In this document: in pieces, positions 11,401 to 19,801 of the stretch
Layout: each line of letters opens with the position of its first letter
How positions within the stretch are numbered: position 1 is the first letter of the stretch
Origin: Chthoniobacteraceae bacterium
GTDB lineage: Bacteria; Verrucomicrobiota; Verrucomicrobiia; Chthoniobacterales; Chthoniobacteraceae
NCBI GenBank assembly: GCA_031409655.1
Contig: JANNXQ010000058.1
Location: 1 to 42,384, forward strand
Length of the DNA stretch: 42,384 nucleotides
Direction: 5' to 3'
The notes under the pieces: model-generated
Told to the model about the DNA's origin: nothing
Seen by the model: the letters and a program-made list of their open reading frames with translations, nothing else
The model's database searches: none
Made by a program: the position numbers and the translations under genes

Positions 11401-11603
11401 CGCTCGCTTTTATCCTCGGTGTCCTCCCGCTCGCCCTGGCGACTGGAGCCGGCTCCGAAATGCGGCGCGCCCTCGGCACCACGGTTTTCTGGGGGATGCT
11501 CGGCGTCACGGCGTTCGGGCTGCTGCTCACGCCGGTCTTCTATGTCATCCTCCGCGGCTCCTCGGACCGACGCATACGCGCGGCATCGCGAACGGACGGT
11601 TAA
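8427..11603 (+). CDS. RND efflux permease (HAE1, MexF/OqxB-like)
   Basis: FFVDRPVFAAVLS, GIVVDDAIVVVEN, KNAILIVEFA, RLRPILMTSLAF; 1058 aa. Confidence 0.96.
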   Translation: MNLPRFFVDRPVFAAVLSIVITLLGALAYFQLPISQYPDVIPPTVIVSASYPGANAQTVSDTLAAPLEQEINGVENMLYMSSSGTSDGRLQLVVTFKLGTNLDDAQVQVQNRVNAALPRLPEEVRRLGVTAKKQSPDLTLAVQFFSPDGTRDTFYLANYVTLQIQNRIARLPGVAEAGTIGGLDFSMRVWLDPNKLAARGLTAGDVVRAIREQNVQVAAGALGQEPAPADTDFQYTLTAQGRLLRSEQFGDIVLRTGAQGDVIRVRDVARVELGARDYAVKSYMDGKNAISLRIFQLPGTNALDTADAVYAEMRRLKERFPPGVDYRINYDPTRFVRQSFESVLHTLLEAIALVVLVVILFLQTWRASIIPLIAVPVSLIGTFAVMKLLGSSLNNLSLFGLVLAIGIVVDDAIVVVENVERYLAQGLKRRDAVLKAMGEVSGALVAIALVLCAVFVPVAFLGGITGAFYRQFALTIATATVISAFNALTLSPALAALLLRPHGKDTMDPKDREALPLRLVHGFFAKFNGAFERFSELYAKVVRGLVRHTVLAVLAVLGYVALLALTVFTFVRVPAGFIPPQDMGYFLVVVQLPDGASFSRTDEVVRRVDEIARAEKGVAHTFAISGYSSVLQANQSNVGAAFIIPEDFAQRKDKSLTAQALMNTLRQKFSAIKEARILVLPPPPLRGLGNSGGFKIQVQDLDGAGLAALDTATRQFMDALAQEPGFTSLLTGFRPNTPQYFVDIDRAAAKNLGVSLAEINETLQVSLGSVYVNDFNLFGRTYQVFAMAEPEFRNAPEDVSRLQTRNAEGGMVPLGSLVQVQRIGGADRVQRYNMFTSADVTGNTLPGISSGQMIATVERLGREHLPSGFAYEWTDLAYQQILAGNTLVYVFPLCVLFVFLVLAAQYESWGLPLAVILIVPMCLLSALAGVWAAGQDNNIFTQIGLVVLVGLASKNAILIVEFAKQLHDAGKSATEAAIEAARLRLRPILMTSLAFILGVLPLALATGAGSEMRRALGTTVFWGMLGVTAFGLLLTPVFYVILRGSSDRRIRAASRTDG

Positions 11604-11630
11604 TCCGGGCGTGAGTCACCGGGGAAAATG

Positions 11631-11669
11631 GCAGCTGCCCGCGCCTCTTTCGAGGACGCGGGCAGCTGC
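11631..11669. terminator. Hairpin between the convergent RND permease and sigma factor genes
   Basis: GCAGCTGCCCGCG-CCTC-TTTC-GAGG-A-CGCGGGCAGCTGC: 13 bp perfect outer stem plus 4 bp inner stem. Confidence 0.7.
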
Positions 11670-11692
11670 TTCCGACAAAACCGTTGCCGCCG

Positions 11693-12349
11693 TTACGCGT
11701 GGGCTGCAGGCACGGCGTCATGCAATTCGCCGAAGGCCAGCGCGGCAGAGCGCAGCTTGCGCATCGCGAGTTCGAGCCGCGTCTTGATCGTGCCGAGCGG
11801 GATGCCCGTCTCCGCGGCGATCTGGCGCTGCGAGAGGCCGCGGAAGTATGTGAGATGCACGGCCTGACGTTGCGCTTCGGGCAATTGCGCGATGAGCTTC
11901 GCGACCGCTCCGGCGGTGTCGCTCTGCGCGGCTTCCTCGTCGGCACCGCGATGGCCGCCGTCGTGGTCGGTGAAGGTCTCGAGGCGATAGCGCTCCTGGG
12001 CGCGGGCATAGGCCGTCTTGCGGCGAATGCGGTCGATGGTGCGGCGGCGCGCGAGGGTCACGATCCAGCCGAGAGCTTTGCCTTTCTCCGCATCGTAGCT
12101 CGCGGCGTGGTGCCACACGGCGAGCATGATCTCCTGCACCAAATCGTCCACGTCGGAGTCGTTGTTGATCATCCGTCCGGCGATGGTGCGGAGGAGGGGC
12201 TGATGGCGGCGCTGGAGCAGGACGAGCGCGTCCTCGTCGCCCGCCTGGATGCGTTGCATGAGTTGTTCGTCAGTGGCTTCGCCCGGCGCGAGCTGCGAGG
12301 CGGAGGGCGGGACGGTCTTAATATTTTGATGATCGAAGGAATAGAGCAT
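11693..12349 (-). CDS. ECF-type sigma-70 factor (SigK-like)
   Basis: Region 2 'DDLVQEIMLAVW..GWIVTLARRRTIDRIR'; region 4 'YFRGLSQRQIAAETGIPLGTIKTRL'; start at ATG 12349 is inferred. Confidence 0.9.
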   Translation of the reverse strand: MLYSFDHQNIKTVPPSASQLAPGEATDEQLMQRIQAGDEDALVLLQRRHQPLLRTIAGRMINNDSDVDDLVQEIMLAVWHHAASYDAEKGKALGWIVTLARRRTIDRIRRKTAYARAQERYRLETFTDHDGGHRGADEEAAQSDTAGAVAKLIAQLPEAQRQAVHLTYFRGLSQRQIAAETGIPLGTIKTRLELAMRKLRSAALAFGELHDAVPAAHA

Positions 12350-12383
12350 GGGATTTTGTTTGGTGGTTGCAGTCCCATGTCTT

Positions 12384-12399
12384 TGCCTTCCCCGTGCCA
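12384..12399 (-). promoter_or_regulatory. Putative sigma-54 (-24/-12) promoter for the ECF sigma gene
   Basis: Minus strand reads TGGCACG-GGGA-AGGCA: perfect -24 box, GG-N10-GC spacing, ending 34 nt before the ATG. Confidence 0.6.
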
Positions 12400-12525
12400 G
12401 CGGCGGTTTACTCTGGAGAGAGGACGGGAGGGGCGGTAAATGCGTCGCGTTATCCGACAGTAGTGTTGCCCGCACGCGACACTCTTCGGCACAACCAGGC
12501 GCCCGCGCGGAGACGTATCCCCTTT

Positions 12526-13185
12526 ATGCATTCCGATCCCGACATCCCCGCCGAGCGCGTCGCGGCTTTCGTGCGTCAGCACACCCACGATGTGCGCAAT
12601 GGCCTCAACGGGCTCGACCTTGAAGCTGCCCTGGTGCAGGAGATCGTGACCGACGAGGAGGCCCGCGAAAGCCTGGCGCGGATGCGCGCGCAGGTGCGCG
12701 CGTTGGCTGAACAAATGCGCGCGCTCGCCGGGCGCTTCCGCGATCCGCAGCCCCACCTCGCGCCGCTGGCCGCGCGGGAGTTGCTGGCCGTCTTCCGCGA
12801 ACAGAATGCCGGCCTGCCCGCAGCGCTCGAGATCTCCTGGGACGACGAACTCGGCGGGGAATCCGTGCGGGTGGACGTGGGGATGCTGGCCGACCTCTTC
12901 CGGGAATTGCTCGTGAATGCGGTCGCCTTCCCCTCCTCAGGACCGATCGCCGTCCGCGCTCGGTGCGAGGCAGAGGGCGTCCTTTTCGAGTTGTCGGAGC
13001 CGAAGGCCAAGGCTCTGGACGTGGCAGGATGGGGAGCAGTGCCTTTCTCCTCCGGGCACCGCGGTGGCTACGGACTCGGCTTGTGGACCGCGCGCCGGAT
13101 TGCGGAGGCGAATGGGCTCGCCCTCACGCGGGAGTTTTCCTCCGCAGGGAATCTCGTGACGCGCCTGCGGTTTCCCAAGGATTAG
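12526..13185 (+). CDS. Sensorless histidine-kinase-like protein (HisKA-like helix plus degenerate HATPase)
   Basis: H-box 'THDVRNGLNGL', N-box 'ELLVNAV', G2 'GGYGLGLWTARRIAEANG'; no input domain; no recognisable G1 box. Confidence 0.75.
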   Translation: MHSDPDIPAERVAAFVRQHTHDVRNGLNGLDLEAALVQEIVTDEEARESLARMRAQVRALAEQMRALAGRFRDPQPHLAPLAARELLAVFREQNAGLPAALEISWDDELGGESVRVDVGMLADLFRELLVNAVAFPSSGPIAVRARCEAEGVLFELSEPKAKALDVAGWGAVPFSSGHRGGYGLGLWTARRIAEANGLALTREFSSAGNLVTRLRFPKD

Positions 13186-13241
13186 GGCCACCCTCACCCC
13201 GAGCGTTTAACGCTGGGAGCGAGAGCGCCCGGACTTCGTGC

Positions 13242-13412
13242 CTAGGCCACGGGCGGGGTGCGGCGGCCCATCAGGAAGGCGACGATGAAGAGCACGAGGA
13301 AGACGAAGAAGAGGGTCTTCGCGATGCCGACGGCGGTGCCGGCGATGCCGCCGAAGCCCAGCACAGCGGCGATGATGGCAATGACAAGGAAGGTAATGGC
13401 CCAGGATAACAT
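13242..13412 (-). CDS. DUF1328 (YtjA-like) small membrane protein, 56 aa, absent from the ORF track
   Basis: Hand translation: [56 protein letters not shown]. Confidence 0.92.
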   Translation of the reverse strand: MLSWAITFLVIAIIAAVLGFGGIAGTAVGIAKTLFFVFLVLFIVAFLMGRRTPPVA

Positions 13413-13621
13413 AGGAGGAGGTTTGGTGGAGGTTAGGCTGACGGTTCATCCTTAATTCGACGCGGCCCGCAAAGGCGCGCGTATCAATCTTCCCAGCCCG
13501 CAAGAGGGAGAAGCGGCGCGGTCCCGGGCCAAAGACGGACCGCGCCGCCTCCACATCACGCACGTCCGAGCGCGCTCCGAAATGCGAATGCGCGGAGAAT
13601 CATTCATCCGCACATCCGACC

Positions 13622-15754
13622 ATGCCTCCATTCCAGCTCTGCCAAGGCTTCCCCTTCCCACTCGGTGCCACTTGGGATGGCGAGGGTACGAACTTCGCCC
13701 TCTTCAGCGAAAACGCGGAAAAAGTGGAGCTGTGCCTTTTCGATCCCGGCGATCCGCAGCGCGAGATCGGGCGCGTGCAGTTGCGGGAGAAGACGGATCA
13801 TGTCTTTCACGGCTATCTCCCGGAGGCGAAGCCAGGGGCGCTCTATGGCTATCGCGTGCATGGGCCTTGGCTGCCGGAGGAGGGTCAGCGCTTCAATGCG
13901 CATAAGCTCGTGCTCGATCCCTATGCAAAGGCGATCACGGGTGGATTCCAGTGGAAGGATGAGATGTTTGCCTATCGCATGGGCGGCAACGAGGACCTCG
14001 ACATGGACGACCGCGACAATGCCGCACTGATGCCGCGCTGCGTGGTCGTGGACGATGCCTTCGATTGGTCCGGCGACCGTCGCATCAATCGCCCGATGGC
14101 TGAGACGGTCGTCTACGAGGTGCATGTGAAGGGTTTCTCCCAGCTCTGGTCGGTCTTGCCGGAAAATCTGCGCGGCACTTATGCGGGGCTCGGGTCACCG
14201 GCGGCCATCGCGTATTTCCAGAAGCTCGGCGTCACCGCGATCGAAGTGCTCCCGGTGCATCATTTCGTGAACGACAGCTTTCTCGAAGGTCGCGGGCTCA
14301 CCAACTACTGGGGTTACTCGTCCATCGGTTACCTCGCGCCGGAGTCCCGTTACTCCTCGGCAGGGGCGGTGGGTCAGCAGGTCACGGAGTTCAAGCAGAT
14401 GGTCAAGAACCTGCACGCCGCCGGACTCGAGGTCATCATGGACGTGGTCTATAACCACACCGCGGAGGGGAATCACCTCGGACCGACGCTCAGCTTCAAG
14501 GGCATCGACAATGCCAGCTACTATCGGCTCGTGGCCGGCACCCCGCGCCACTACATGGACTACACCGGCACCGGCAACACGCTGAACATGCAGCACCCGC
14601 GCGTGCTTCAGCTCGTCATGGATTCGCTGCGTTACTTTGCCACCGAGTGCCGGGTGGATGGGTTTCGCTTTGATCTCGCCTCGACGCTCGCGCGCGAACT
14701 GCACGCCGTGGACAAGCTCGGCGGCTTCTTCGACATCATCCATCAGGACCCCGTGCTCCAGCGCGTGAAGCTCATCGCCGAGCCGTGGGACGTGGGGGAG
14801 GGCGGTTACCAGGTCGGCAACTTCCCGGTGGGCTGGGCGGAGTGGAATGGGAAGTATCGGGACTGCGTGCGGGCTTACTGGAAGGGCGAAGACTCGCAGG
14901 TCGGCGAACTCGCGGCGCGGCTCACCGGATCCAGCGATCTTTACCAGAGCGACGGCCGCCGGCCCTACGCCAGCATCAATTTCCTGATCGCCCACGACGG
15001 CTTCACCCTGCACGACCTCGTGAGCTACAACGACAAACACAACGACGCCAATGGCGAGGACGGCAAGGACGGCGACAACCACAACCTCTCGTGGAATGGC
15101 GGCGCCGAAGGCCCGACCGAAGACGCCGCGGTGAACGCGCTCCGGCGCCGGCAGAAGCGCAATCTGCTCGCCACGCTTTTCCTCTCGCAAGGTGTGCCGA
15201 TGCTCTGCGGCGGCGACGAATATGGACGCACCCAGCAGGGCAACAACAACGCTTACTGCCAGGACAATGAACTGAGTTGGTTCACCTGGGAACGCACGCC
15301 GGAGGAGGAGGCGCAAACGGAGTTCACCGCGCGCCTCATCGCCTTTCGCCGCGCGCACCCGATCTTCCGCCGTCCGAAATTTTTCCAGGGCCGCGAGGTG
15401 CGCGGCGCGGGGGTGAAAGACATCGTGTGGTTGAATCCTGGCGGCACCGAGATGGGGGACGACGAATGGGGCACGCATTTCGTCAGGACGCTCGGGGTCC
15501 TGCTCAGCGGCGATGCGCTCGACGTGCGCGACTGGCACGGCCAGCCGATCCAGGACGACACCTTTCTCCTCCTGCTCAATGCCGCGCACGACCCCATCGA
15601 CTTCACGCTCCCGGCGCAATCGGCAAGCCGCTGGGCCGTCGTGCTCGACACGGCGGATGAGCGCGGATTTCTCGACCCACAGCCTGAACACGCCGCCGGT
15701 GGGAAGCTCACGCTCCGCGAACGCTCCTGCGCGCTCCTGCGCCGCAGCGGTTGA
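13622..15754 (+). CDS. glgX: Glycogen debranching enzyme (isoamylase, GH13)
   Basis: PLGATWDGEGTNFALFS, NYWGY, DVVYNHT, DGFRFDLA, IAEPWD, AHDGFTL, GNNNAYCQDN. Confidence 0.97.
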   Translation: MPPFQLCQGFPFPLGATWDGEGTNFALFSENAEKVELCLFDPGDPQREIGRVQLREKTDHVFHGYLPEAKPGALYGYRVHGPWLPEEGQRFNAHKLVLDPYAKAITGGFQWKDEMFAYRMGGNEDLDMDDRDNAALMPRCVVVDDAFDWSGDRRINRPMAETVVYEVHVKGFSQLWSVLPENLRGTYAGLGSPAAIAYFQKLGVTAIEVLPVHHFVNDSFLEGRGLTNYWGYSSIGYLAPESRYSSAGAVGQQVTEFKQMVKNLHAAGLEVIMDVVYNHTAEGNHLGPTLSFKGIDNASYYRLVAGTPRHYMDYTGTGNTLNMQHPRVLQLVMDSLRYFATECRVDGFRFDLASTLARELHAVDKLGGFFDIIHQDPVLQRVKLIAEPWDVGEGGYQVGNFPVGWAEWNGKYRDCVRAYWKGEDSQVGELAARLTGSSDLYQSDGRRPYASINFLIAHDGFTLHDLVSYNDKHNDANGEDGKDGDNHNLSWNGGAEGPTEDAAVNALRRRQKRNLLATLFLSQGVPMLCGGDEYGRTQQGNNNAYCQDNELSWFTWERTPEEEAQTEFTARLIAFRRAHPIFRRPKFFQGREVRGAGVKDIVWLNPGGTEMGDDEWGTHFVRTLGVLLSGDALDVRDWHGQPIQDDTFLLLLNAAHDPIDFTLPAQSASRWAVVLDTADERGFLDPQPEHAAGGKLTLRERSCALLRRSG

Positions 15755-15866
15755 ACGCCCCCCGGAAATGAGCATGGCGTGCATCAACCGACCGGTTGCG
15801 ATCGACGGCGATCCTCGACACCCGCGCGACGAAGACGGAAATTCCGCGCCCATCCCGGACCTGCCA

Positions 15867-18236
15867 ATGCCTTGGAAAAAACTCTCGCACACGCTCAGCC
15901 TGATCGCCGCCAGCATCGGCGCGATTGGCTTTGCGGGCTGGGTCTTCGGCCTCGATGGGCTCAAACGCATCCATCCCGCGTGGGTCACGATGAAGGCCAA
16001 CACCGGGCTGTGCCTGATGCTCGCCGGTCTCGCCGTGGCCTTGCTGAACGAAGAAAACGTGCGCGGCATCCGGCGGCGCGTTTCGCAAGGGTGCGCGATC
16101 GTCATCTCCACGGTGGGATTGCTCACGCTCGGCGAGCATCTGGGGTGGTGGCAGTCCGGCATCGACCAGGTGCTCTTTCAGGAGTCGCTCGAGTCCGCAG
16201 GTCGGTCCTTTCCCGGACGCATGGGTCCGCTCTCGGCGGTGAATTTCGTGCTGCTCGGTGCGGTGGTGCTGCTCCTCGACGCGCGCCCGCGCCGCGGCTC
16301 GTGGCCCGCGCAAATCTGCGCCGTCGGGGTGATTGCGACCACGTTCGTCGTTTTCCTCGCCTACTTCTACGCGGTCGAGATTCCGCAGCCTCTCGCGCCG
16401 TATCTCTCCATCGCGCTGCACACCGTCGTCGCCTTTCTCCTCCTCGCCGCGGCCATCCTGCTGGCGCGGCCGGTGCGCGGCATGATGGCGGCCTTCCTCG
16501 CGGATAACATCGGTGGCGTGATCGCGCGACGGATGCTCCCCGCGGCGCTGCTCCTGCCGGTGCTTTTTGGCTGGCTCGCCACGCTCGGGCGCGATGCTGG
16601 CCTCTACGGACGCGGCGTCGGCACCGCCCTGCTCGCGGCCTCGCTCACCCTCGTCTTCACCAGCCTAGTGTGGTGGTCCGCCCGCGCGCTCGCCGCCGCC
16701 GATGCCCGCCGCCGCAGTGCGGAGGAGGATTTACAGCGCAGCGAGCGCGAGCTCTCGGATTTTTTCGACAATGCCGCGGTCTCCCTGCACTGGGTCGGCC
16801 CCGATGGCCGGGTGCTGCGCGTCAATGACACGGAACTCGCGCTGCTCGGCTACGCGCGGGAGGAATATGTGGGCCGCGCCATCGCCGACTTCCATGCCGA
16901 CGCGGAGACCATCGCGGACATCCTCGCGCGCCTCACCGCCGGCGAAACGCTCACCGACTATCCCGCGCAATTGCGCTGCAAGGACGGCTCGCTCCGCGAC
17001 GTGCTCATTCATTCGAGCGTGTATTGGGAGGACGGGAAATTCGTCCATACGCGCTGCTTCACGCGCGATGTCACGGAACAGCGGCGCGCCGAGGCCGCCG
17101 CTACGCAGGCTCGCGAAGCCGCGGAGACCGCGAACCGCGCGAAGGACGACTTCCTCGCCGTGCTCAGCCACGAACTGCGCACGCCGCTCACGCCCGCGCT
17201 CATGGCCGTGTCCGATCTCGAAACCTCGCCGCCCACCGATCCGGTCGTCTTGCGCGAAGCGCACGCGCTCATCCGGCGGAACATCGAACTCGAAGCGCGG
17301 CTCGTGGACGACCTCCTCGACCTCACGCGGATCAGCCGCGGCAAACTGCGCATCGCCTCCGCGCCCGTGGATCTGCACACCACGCTGCGCGACGCCTTGG
17401 CCATCGCCGAGCCGATGCTCCGCGAAAAGCGGATCACCGTCGCGACCGACTTTGCGGCCCCCGACTCTCTGGTGCGAGGGGACGCTGCACGGCTCGCCCA
17501 GGTCTTCGCGAACCTGCTGACCAACGCCGCGAAATTCACTCCCGACGAGGGCCACGTGTCCGTTTCCACAGTCCACACCGGCCAGGATCTGCGCGTGGAA
17601 GTGACCGACACCGGCATGGGCATCGCGCCCGAGGTGCTGCCGAAAATCTTCGATGCCTTCCGCCAGGGCGGCGACGGTACTACGCGCCGCTTCGGCGGCT
17701 TGGGCCTCGGCTTGAATGTCGCGCAGAGCCTCGTCGAAGCGCACGGCGGCACGATCAAAGCCGCCAGTGCCGGGTGCGATCGCGGCGCCACCTTTGCCGT
17801 CACCCTGCCCGCCTTCCGCGGCGTCCTCCCCGATCCGCGGAAGACCCCCGCCCCGCCGCCCACGCCGGACGCGGCGCGCTCCCTGAGGGTCTTGATGGTC
17901 GAAGATCACGAGGACACCCGGCGGGTGCTGCGCCGGCTCCTCGAACGCTGGGGTCATCGCGTGCAGACCGCCGGCTCCGTCGCCGAAGCCCGCGCCATCC
18001 TCGGCACCGAGACTTTCGACCTGCTCCTGAGCGACCTCGGTCTGCCCGACGGCACCGGCCTCGAGGTCGTCGCCACGCTGCGCGCGCAGTCGGACATCCC
18101 GGCGATCGCCATGAGCGGCTACGGCATGGAAGCCGACCTCGCCCGCGCCCGGACCGCCGGCTTCACCGAACACCTCGTGAAGCCCGTGGCCGCGGAGCGC
18201 CTGCGCGAGGTGCTCGATCGACTCGGCGCCCGTTGA
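15867..18236 (+). CDS. Membrane hybrid sensor kinase (multi-TM, PAS, HisKA, HATPase, REC)
   Basis: Hydrophobic N-terminus; PAS ending RDVTE; LSHELRTPL; NLLTNAAKFT; DTGMGI; GGLGLGL; REC 'MVEDHED..LSDLGLPD'; start at MPWKK is inferred. Confidence 0.92.
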   Translation: MPWKKLSHTLSLIAASIGAIGFAGWVFGLDGLKRIHPAWVTMKANTGLCLMLAGLAVALLNEENVRGIRRRVSQGCAIVISTVGLLTLGEHLGWWQSGIDQVLFQESLESAGRSFPGRMGPLSAVNFVLLGAVVLLLDARPRRGSWPAQICAVGVIATTFVVFLAYFYAVEIPQPLAPYLSIALHTVVAFLLLAAAILLARPVRGMMAAFLADNIGGVIARRMLPAALLLPVLFGWLATLGRDAGLYGRGVGTALLAASLTLVFTSLVWWSARALAAADARRRSAEEDLQRSERELSDFFDNAAVSLHWVGPDGRVLRVNDTELALLGYAREEYVGRAIADFHADAETIADILARLTAGETLTDYPAQLRCKDGSLRDVLIHSSVYWEDGKFVHTRCFTRDVTEQRRAEAAATQAREAAETANRAKDDFLAVLSHELRTPLTPALMAVSDLETSPPTDPVVLREAHALIRRNIELEARLVDDLLDLTRISRGKLRIASAPVDLHTTLRDALAIAEPMLREKRITVATDFAAPDSLVRGDAARLAQVFANLLTNAAKFTPDEGHVSVSTVHTGQDLRVEVTDTGMGIAPEVLPKIFDAFRQGGDGTTRRFGGLGLGLNVAQSLVEAHGGTIKAASAGCDRGATFAVTLPAFRGVLPDPRKTPAPPPTPDAARSLRVLMVEDHEDTRRVLRRLLERWGHRVQTAGSVAEARAILGTETFDLLLSDLGLPDGTGLEVVATLRAQSDIPAIAMSGYGMEADLARARTAGFTEHLVKPVAAERLREVLDRLGAR

Positions 18237-18313
18237 GTTTCGCGCCCATCACGATGGAGGGCCGGCAGGTTCCGCCTTTGCAGGAGGCATGTGCAACCGA
18301 CTGAAATCGGGAA

Positions 18314-18970
18314 CTACTTCCGCCGCTCGCGGCGCGCGACGGGATCGCGCGGCATCTCCCGCTGGACCACGGCCTCCAGGCACTCCGGGCAGATGCCGTG
18401 CGAGATTTCGCTCCCGGCGTGATCGTGGAGATAGGCTTCGATCTCCTGCCAGTAGTCACCGTCGTCGCGCACCTTTTTGCAATACATGCAGAGCGGGAGC
18501 AGGCGCTTGAGTTTGCGCACTTCGTCGAGCGTGCGTTCGAGTTCGGCGACCCGCGTCGAGAGGCGGTCTTCGAGGGCGAGCACGCGCTCAGCGCCGCGCA
18601 GACGGGCGAGGAGTTGCGCGGCATCGACGGGCTTGCTCAGGTAGTCGTCCACGCCGGCACCAAAGGCGGAGAGCATGTCGCTCGGCCCGTCGCGAGCGGT
18701 GACCATGATGAGATACGTGTAGCGTTGCGCCGGGAGCGAGCGAACGGCGCGTGCGACGTGCAGCCCATCGAGCCGCGGCATCTCCCAATCGAGCAAGGCG
18801 AGCGGCGGCGGCTGCGGACCCATGAGGATGTCGAGCGCGGCCTGGCCATCGGTGACGGCGGTGACTTCGTAGCCGTGCCGCTGGAGGAGGAAGGTCAGCG
18901 CGCGACCGGTGCGCTGATCATCTTCCGCCACCAGCACGCGCCGGGGCTCAGGGGGATTGGGGAGGCTCAT
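18314..18970 (-). CDS. Response regulator with C-terminal Cys/His-rich domain
   Basis: REC 'VAEDD..LLDWEMP..KP'; C-terminal 'LPLCMYCKKVRDD..SHGICPEC'. Confidence 0.88.
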   Translation of the reverse strand: MSLPNPPEPRRVLVAEDDQRTGRALTFLLQRHGYEVTAVTDGQAALDILMGPQPPPLALLDWEMPRLDGLHVARAVRSLPAQRYTYLIMVTARDGPSDMLSAFGAGVDDYLSKPVDAAQLLARLRGAERVLALEDRLSTRVAELERTLDEVRKLKRLLPLCMYCKKVRDDGDYWQEIEAYLHDHAGSEISHGICPECLEAVVQREMPRDPVARRERRK

Positions 18971-18994
18971 TGCCCGACTATTCGCAGGGGACGA

Positions 18995-19023
18995 TCAGGT
19001 GCGCGCCTGAAACGCGACTCAGG
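18995..19023. promoter_or_regulatory. Tripartite motif copy 1, TCAGG-N6-CCTGA-N8-TCAGG
   Basis: TCAGG tgcgcg CCTGA aacgcgac TCAGG, in the intergenic region between the divergent response regulator and yciF. Confidence 0.6.
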
Positions 19024-19112
19024 CCACACTTTTCCGGACACCGCACACGACCACCGCACCGCGTCAGACCGATAGGCTGGGGCAATCACGCAAACCAAAA
19101 CCACCTATCCCA

Positions 19113-19622
19113 ATGAAACTCACCACACTCCAAGACCTCTTCATCCAAGAACTGAAAGACCTCTACAGCGCCGAGACGCAGCTCGTAAAGGCGCTGCCCA
19201 AGATGGCGAAAGCCGCGACGCACGACGATCTCAAGGCCGGCTTTGAGGAGCATCTCGAAGAAACCAAAGTCCATGTCGAGCGGCTCACGCAGATCGGCGA
19301 AATGTGCGAAGCGAAACTCACCGGCCACAAGTGCAAAGCCATGGAAGGCTTGCTCGCGGAAGGCGCCGACATGATTAGCGAAGATGCGGAAGACCATGTG
19401 CGCGACGCTGGACTCATCGCCTCGGCGCAACGCGTCGAGCACTACGAAATGGCTGGTTACGGGACGGCCCGCGCGTTCGCCCTGCAACTCGGGCACGCCG
19501 AAGCCGCTGAACTCCTCGGCGAAACCTACGAGGAGGAAAAGGCGACCGATGAGAAGCTGAGCGAACTGGCCGAGAGCGTTATCAACGTCGAAGCCGCCGA
19601 AGCTCCCGACGCGGGCAAGTAA
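19113..19622 (+). CDS. yciF: YciE/YciF ferritin-like protein (DUF892)
   Basis: LKDLYSAETQLVKALPKMA, HLEETKVHVERL, CKAMEGL, AQRVEHYEMAGYGT, EEKATDEKL. Confidence 0.93.
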   Translation: MKLTTLQDLFIQELKDLYSAETQLVKALPKMAKAATHDDLKAGFEEHLEETKVHVERLTQIGEMCEAKLTGHKCKAMEGLLAEGADMISEDAEDHVRDAGLIASAQRVEHYEMAGYGTARAFALQLGHAEAAELLGETYEEEKATDEKLSELAESVINVEAAEAPDAGK

Positions 19623-19736
19623 ACCAGCACCTTCTGCGACGCCCGCAAGGGCATGAACCTGGGGCGGGGAGCCGTGTTGCAAAATACGCGCTTCCCGCCC
19701 CACACCATTTCTTCCATCGAAGACTGCTTTGAAACA

Positions 19737-19773
19737 AACAAGCCGTCTCCAGAATCACTGGAGACGGCTTGTT
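19737..19773. terminator. Bidirectional intrinsic terminator
   Basis: Perfect 16 bp stem AACAAGCCGTCTCCAG-AATCA-CTGGAGACGGCTTGTT with A/T-rich flanks, between convergent genes. Confidence 0.85.
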
Positions 19774-19801
19774 GTTTTGCCCGAGGAATTTTTGTGCGCG
19801 T

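Noticed and set aside
15513..15866. Long N-terminal extensions from the ORF track (also for the ORFs ending at 2281, 8430, 11693, 29346, 33691 and 42248)
   Set aside because: They overlap neighbouring genes or promoter regions; downstream ATGs coincide with domain or signal-peptide starts
18995..19023. Tripartite motif as an E. coli-type LexA SOS box (CTG-N10-CAG)
   Set aside because: Lacks CTGT/ACAG and the AT-rich spacer; target genes are not DNA-repair genes
19655..19707. Hairpin ending ..CACCA as a tRNA fragment/attR or group II intron domain V
   Set aside because: No T-loop, no match to the tRNA-Gly 3' end, and the domain V consensus is not met
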